Source: a bacterium
GTDB taxonomy: Bacteria; Verrucomicrobiota; Verrucomicrobiia; Chthoniobacterales; JAFAMB01
Length of the DNA: 59,391 nucleotides
Assembly: GCA_046727075.1 (NCBI GenBank)
Contig: JBKPBY010000150.1
Span: forward strand, 1 to 59,391
Reading direction: 5' to 3'
Positions 55,492 to 59,391 of this stretch are shown piece by piece. Each line of letters opens with the position of its first letter. Position 1 is the first letter of the stretch. The translations under genes were made by a program, and so were the position numbers. The notes beneath the pieces are model-generated. The model had not been told where the DNA came from, made no database searches, and was given only the letters and a program-made list of their open reading frames with translations.

Positions 55492-56796
55492 CTAAGCGCC
55501 GGTGCGGCCAATGCCGTAATACCGAAAGCCAAGTTGAGTCATCGTTTCGGGATCAAACAAATTGCGACCATCGAAAACGATCGGCGTATGCATCGCCTTT
55601 TTTACTTCATCGAAATCGATGTTGTTGAACTCGTTCCATTCGGTGGCCAGAATCAGCGCTTCCGCGTCAGTGGCTGCTTCCAAGGCGGAGCCCTTCATCA
55701 CGATTCCGGGACATAGCTTAAGTTCTTCAACCCTTGCCATCGCTTTCGGGTCGTAGGCCTGCACGACGGCGCCCTCCCGCAAAAGGTCATTGGCCACGTC
55801 GATAGCGACTGAACTTCTTACATCGTCCGTATCAGGCTTAAAGGTCAGACCCCAGATCGCGATCTTTTTGTCTTTAAGCACCCAAAGCGTGTCCCGGATC
55901 TTTTTAACAAAGCGCTCGCGTTGCGCCTTGTTGATTTCTTGCACCTCTTTTAGCAGGGTGAACGGCACGCCGAGTTGCTCACTGATGGCGATGAATGCGG
56001 CGAGGTCTTTGGGGAAACATGAACCGCCGTAGCCGAGACCGGCGTTGAGGAAGCTGCGGCCAATTCGTTTATCTGCCCCGATACCGTCCGCGACTTTTTC
56101 AACATCGGCGCCGCTGGCTTCGCAGATAGCTGAGATGGCGTTGATATAAGAAATTTTTAGGGCGAGGAAGGAGTTCGCTGCATGCTTGATCAGCTCGGCG
56201 CTATTGATGTCGGTGACCATGATTGGCGCCATGAAGGGCTCATAAATCTTCTTCATCAAAGCGAGCGCTCGGTCGCTATTTGAACCAATCACAATCCGAT
56301 CCGGATTCATCAGGTCGTTAACGGCACAACCTTCTCTTAGAAATTCGGGATTGCTGACTACGTCGAAATCAACGCCGGCTTTGTTATAACGCCGGATCGT
56401 GTCAGCCACTTTCTCTCCGGTTTTGACCGGGACCGTGCTCTTATCAACGATGACGCGGTATTCCTTCAAAACCGCGGCAATCTCTCGAGCGACCTTTTCG
56501 ATATAAGTCAGGTCGACGCTTCCGTCGACCAGTGGCGGAGTGGGGACGGCGATGAAAACAACCTGAGAATGTTTGACTCCCTCCTCGGTGCTCTCAGTGA
56601 ACCGCAGTCGGTGCGCCGAAACGTTTCGGTGGATAACCTCTTCCAACCCCGGCTCGTAGATCGGAACCTTGCCGCTTCGAAGAGCATCAACTTTCCTGCG
56701 ATCGTTATCGACGCAGATGACGTTGTGACCAACATCGGCAAAGCACGCGCCTGTGACCAGGCCAACGTAGCCGGAACCTATGATCGAGATATCCAT
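55492..56796 (-). CDS. ugd: UDP-glucose 6-dehydrogenase
   Basis: 434 aa. IIGSGYVGLV Rossmann motif and GGSCFPKD catalytic Cys motif. Confidence 0.93.
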   Translation of the reverse strand: MDISIIGSGYVGLVTGACFADVGHNVICVDNDRRKVDALRSGKVPIYEPGLEEVIHRNVSAHRLRFTESTEEGVKHSQVVFIAVPTPPLVDGSVDLTYIEKVAREIAAVLKEYRVIVDKSTVPVKTGEKVADTIRRYNKAGVDFDVVSNPEFLREGCAVNDLMNPDRIVIGSNSDRALALMKKIYEPFMAPIMVTDINSAELIKHAANSFLALKISYINAISAICEASGADVEKVADGIGADKRIGRSFLNAGLGYGGSCFPKDLAAFIAISEQLGVPFTLLKEVQEINKAQRERFVKKIRDTLWVLKDKKIAIWGLTFKPDTDDVRSSVAIDVANDLLREGAVVQAYDPKAMARVEELKLCPGIVMKGSALEAATDAEALILATEWNEFNNIDFDEVKKAMHTPIVFDGRNLFDPETMTQLGFRYYGIGRTGA

Positions 56797-56870
56797 ACGG
56801 TTTTCTGGAAAAAAAGCGAGCCTTTCAGATACCTAGGATTCCGCCTTTGTCCAGCGCTGGATTCAGGCTG

Positions 56871-59282
56871 CTATTGCCCCAATGCGCTTCCGACATTCAG
56901 ATGTAGCGGCAAACCAACTCGAGGTAAGTCTTTAAGAGTAAACGTGATGTAGACGCCCTGCTGCTGTTTGCCACCGCCATTATTCTTAACATCGAGCCCG
57001 AAGGAGGCAACCCAGCTACTAAAGTCACGATGGATCGCGTAAGTCTGCTCCAGGAATGTGCCAGTTTGTGCTTCGTACGCTTCATAAATGCTGAACCCCC
57101 AGTTCTCGTTGATCCGAAAATAGCTGGTGACGGCGACCTGGTTGCTGTCCTGGAAAAATGGGTTGCCATGAAGGTATCGGTCGGAGAGCGCGATCCTGAT
57201 GTTTGGATTAATGGTCCAGTCGACGTAGGTATTAAATTCGGAAAATCCGCGACTGAACACCGGCAGCTGTGAATCGATCGAGAGCGACAGCCATGGTACC
57301 GGCTGAAATCGGAACCGATTAAAGATGTTTGAATAATCTTGCAGGACCTGCGTCGTTTTACCGGTTTTGGGATCCCTTTTTATGCTTATGGGCTGGGCGA
57401 AGGGATTGTTAAAATTGACATCGAAATAGGTGTCGAGGTCCAACCAGTCCAGTGTGGCATTGTCGCGCCGTGTCAGGAGCCGGCTTCTCACTCCCAGCCG
57501 AAGGATGGTCCAATGGTTGATCGAATCGATTGAAGTAAACTCCGGGAAATCGATCGGTGGCAACCTGGTGCTAGTAATGAAGCGATCCATTGGCAGAACA
57601 TCGTTAGGGTTTAGCGTTGGTGTCGAAACCCAGGAAAAATTCAAATAAGGTTGAATCACGTGGCGGAGTCCATCCAGACCGAGCCAGCGGGTTTGTACTC
57701 CTTCGTACGCTCTTGAAAGCTTAAATGACGCTTCGGCGCCGGCATTAAGCGCAAGACGCCAGTGAGCGCCGCCCGGCCCCTGCAAAAGGGCGCCGTCCGG
57801 TCCGGGATGAGTGATGGTGCCTTCTATAAGAGGAGGAAAATTGCTGCCATCCGCCTCTGTAAATGTGCCGGTCCGGCTGTAGTATGTTCCGCGAACCCCG
57901 ATGCGGGGCACGATGGAAAGCCAGCCAAAGTAGGTTTTGGGAAACACTAATTGATGGAATGTATCGAATCGGAATGTTCGATAATCCGGGTTGAAAACGC
58001 TATTGTTTAAGTCTGTGAAGAAAAAACTATCACGATTGTTAATGTCAGTCTTTGAAGCAATCCCGGACGCAAACTTACGCGCGAGCCAGGCAGCGCTCGT
58101 TGTGGCCTCGTAAAAGATCGGGCTGTTGAACAGTGGAGTTCGCGCGATTTCCCAACTGATTTCCGGCAGCCGTTCGGTCGTCTCTTGAAAATTATTTACC
58201 TGGATGCGGGCAAGCGCCATCAAAGTGTAGGCTTCGCCGCGTTTGACCAACTCGAAATAGGTGTCCGGCGTTGGATCGACGCCGAAGAGGCCTGGATAAA
58301 AATCCTGCATGAAGTAGCGATCGCTCAACTTATTAAAGTCGATGACGGCCGAAATATCGCTGGTCAGATAGGTCCTACCTTGGTAAGCGACGCGGTACCG
58401 CTGGCCGCTAATCGGGCCACGGTCCAGCGACGTCTGGTTAGCGTTCGGGTCTAGGTCATACATGCCGTAAATCTCCAGTCTTCCGTAGGTCTCGTGATCA
58501 TTCTTATCGCGATAGTTGACGTCGAAACCGAGCGCCGGGCCACGGGCGCTGCGCAGGTCGAAATGAGCGGTTCCGCTGGTGTTTGTTTGTATGGGAAACG
58601 TGATCGAGGTCATCGCGTAGGCGCCCCAGTTCCCGTTATACCCGGGCGCAATGTTGTAGCTGAACTGATTGTTCAGCGATTGGTACAAATATGGGAACCA
58701 GAGGATAGGCACGTTTCCAACAAACAGAGTCGCGTTGGAAAGAATCATCCGATCATTGGGATAGATGCGGATCGTGCGGGCTCGGATTTGATAGTCCGGT
58801 TGCGATGAATCGCTGGTCGAAACGTATCCATTGCGAATTGTGAACTCGCTTGTTTCGATCGAGGAAAGGCTATCGCCGACAATTTCAAACGGTATCTTCC
58901 GAGCACCGAAATCAGCCATTCTCAATTGCTTCGTGTCGAGGTTGTAGATCGCGCGATCGCAGACAAATGCATATCGCTCTCGGTAGATACGAACGTTGCC
59001 GCGAACTATTACATCGCGAGTATTCGGATCGTATTCCGAATAATCGCAATAGATGGTCAAGTCGCTGTAATGAATCACAACGTTACGCTCCGAGATGAAC
59101 GTTTCTCCTTCACGGCGCGTTTCTCCTTCGGATGTGATCTCGATTGGGAGCTGTTCCGCTCTGGAAGACTTCTCTGTAGGAAGCAGAAACGGATTTTCTT
59201 GTTGGGCAGGTTGCTGGCCCCAGAGCAGATTGGCGAGGAAGAATGATAGAATGAGACTGAAGGTCCGAAGCCGCATGAACAA
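56871..59282 (-). CDS. lptD: LPS-assembly outer-membrane protein LptD (OstA family)
   Basis: 803 aa. Signal peptide, OstA-like N-terminal beta-jellyroll (ITSEGETRREGETFISERNVVIHYSDLTIYCDYSEYD...VRGNVRI), and a long aromatic-rich beta-barrel region ending in an aromatic-rich terminus. Confidence 0.8.
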   Translation of the reverse strand: MFMRLRTFSLILSFFLANLLWGQQPAQQENPFLLPTEKSSRAEQLPIEITSEGETRREGETFISERNVVIHYSDLTIYCDYSEYDPNTRDVIVRGNVRIYRERYAFVCDRAIYNLDTKQLRMADFGARKIPFEIVGDSLSSIETSEFTIRNGYVSTSDSSQPDYQIRARTIRIYPNDRMILSNATLFVGNVPILWFPYLYQSLNNQFSYNIAPGYNGNWGAYAMTSITFPIQTNTSGTAHFDLRSARGPALGFDVNYRDKNDHETYGRLEIYGMYDLDPNANQTSLDRGPISGQRYRVAYQGRTYLTSDISAVIDFNKLSDRYFMQDFYPGLFGVDPTPDTYFELVKRGEAYTLMALARIQVNNFQETTERLPEISWEIARTPLFNSPIFYEATTSAAWLARKFASGIASKTDINNRDSFFFTDLNNSVFNPDYRTFRFDTFHQLVFPKTYFGWLSIVPRIGVRGTYYSRTGTFTEADGSNFPPLIEGTITHPGPDGALLQGPGGAHWRLALNAGAEASFKLSRAYEGVQTRWLGLDGLRHVIQPYLNFSWVSTPTLNPNDVLPMDRFITSTRLPPIDFPEFTSIDSINHWTILRLGVRSRLLTRRDNATLDWLDLDTYFDVNFNNPFAQPISIKRDPKTGKTTQVLQDYSNIFNRFRFQPVPWLSLSIDSQLPVFSRGFSEFNTYVDWTINPNIRIALSDRYLHGNPFFQDSNQVAVTSYFRINENWGFSIYEAYEAQTGTFLEQTYAIHRDFSSWVASFGLDVKNNGGGKQQQGVYITFTLKDLPRVGLPLHLNVGSALGQ

Positions 59283-59347
59283 ATCTTTTAGGAGCCTAAG
59301 TGAAGCTTAGAGCCAATCGCGAGGCCACTGGAAATGCAAGGGAAAAA

Positions 59348-59391
59348 GGGGACTCTCACGCCAAGCCGCCAGACAGAAGGGAGCTCACGCC
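59348..59391 (+). repeat. Third copy of the TIR-type repeat (GGGGACTCTCACGCCAAGCCGCCAGACAGAAGGGAGCTCACGCC), truncated by the window edge
   Basis: Shares GGGGAC, CACGCCAAG and the second CTCACGCC block with 30726-30775, with small indels. The flank GGAAAAAGGGGAC resembles the outer flank of the right TIR (GGAAAAGGGGAC). Confidence 0.6.

Overview
This 59.4-kb window looks like chromosomal DNA from a diderm bacterium: it encodes LptD, ExbBD and periplasmic copper chaperones. GC content is mid-50s% by eye. The gene style suggests a soil Verrucomicrobiota/PVC-like or Acidobacteria-like organism, but confidence in that is low. All protein calls come from motifs read in the supplied ORF translations; no database search was run.

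Most of the window is densely packed housekeeping:
- An MMPL/RND transporter, then smpB and rpoZ.
- Polyamine genes aguA-aguB, then cyclophilin and queA.
- A cytochrome c / PCuAC / SCO1 copper-delivery operon.
- tadA, rpe and a succinate dehydrogenase operon (membrane anchor, sdhA, sdhB) with a translationally coupled helical protein.
- A PaoABC-like molybdenum oxidoreductase, then tRNA-His.
- uvrC, PBP2 (mrdA), an FkpA-like FKBP, aspS-hisS and an ACT-domain protein.
- A cecR-ybhGFSR-like TetR/HlyD/ABC efflux operon, then pyruvate kinase.
- aroD, an AcvB/VirJ-like plus MprF/LpiA-like pair, and panD.
- rsmB, ugd and lptD.

Observations worth a second look:
1. At 19.8-24.9 kb, a compact operon encodes a periplasmic binding protein, a transmembrane Cache/HAMP sensor fused directly to a CheA-type HPt+ATPase core, a CheY and a CheX. 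I could not see a P3 or CheW-like domain in the kinase.
2. A 934-bp element bounded by 50-bp imperfect terminal inverted repeats sits between uvrC and mrdA. Another repeat copy lies at the right edge of the window.
3. A family of intergenic elements is built from 9-bp-periodic GCC-RAC-ANN tandem units arranged as inverted arms, at three loci.
4. A roughly 350-bp noncoding spacer with nested inverted repeats lies at 34.6-34.9 kb.
5. An exbB-exbD operon ends in an 852-aa Pro-rich/TPR protein.
6. A CHASE3 sensor with no recognisable output domain is translationally coupled to a TraB/GumN protein.
7. A DUF4139 gene remnant is 5'-truncated and interrupted by an in-frame TGA.

I found no CRISPR array, rRNA, prophage or recognisable defence system.
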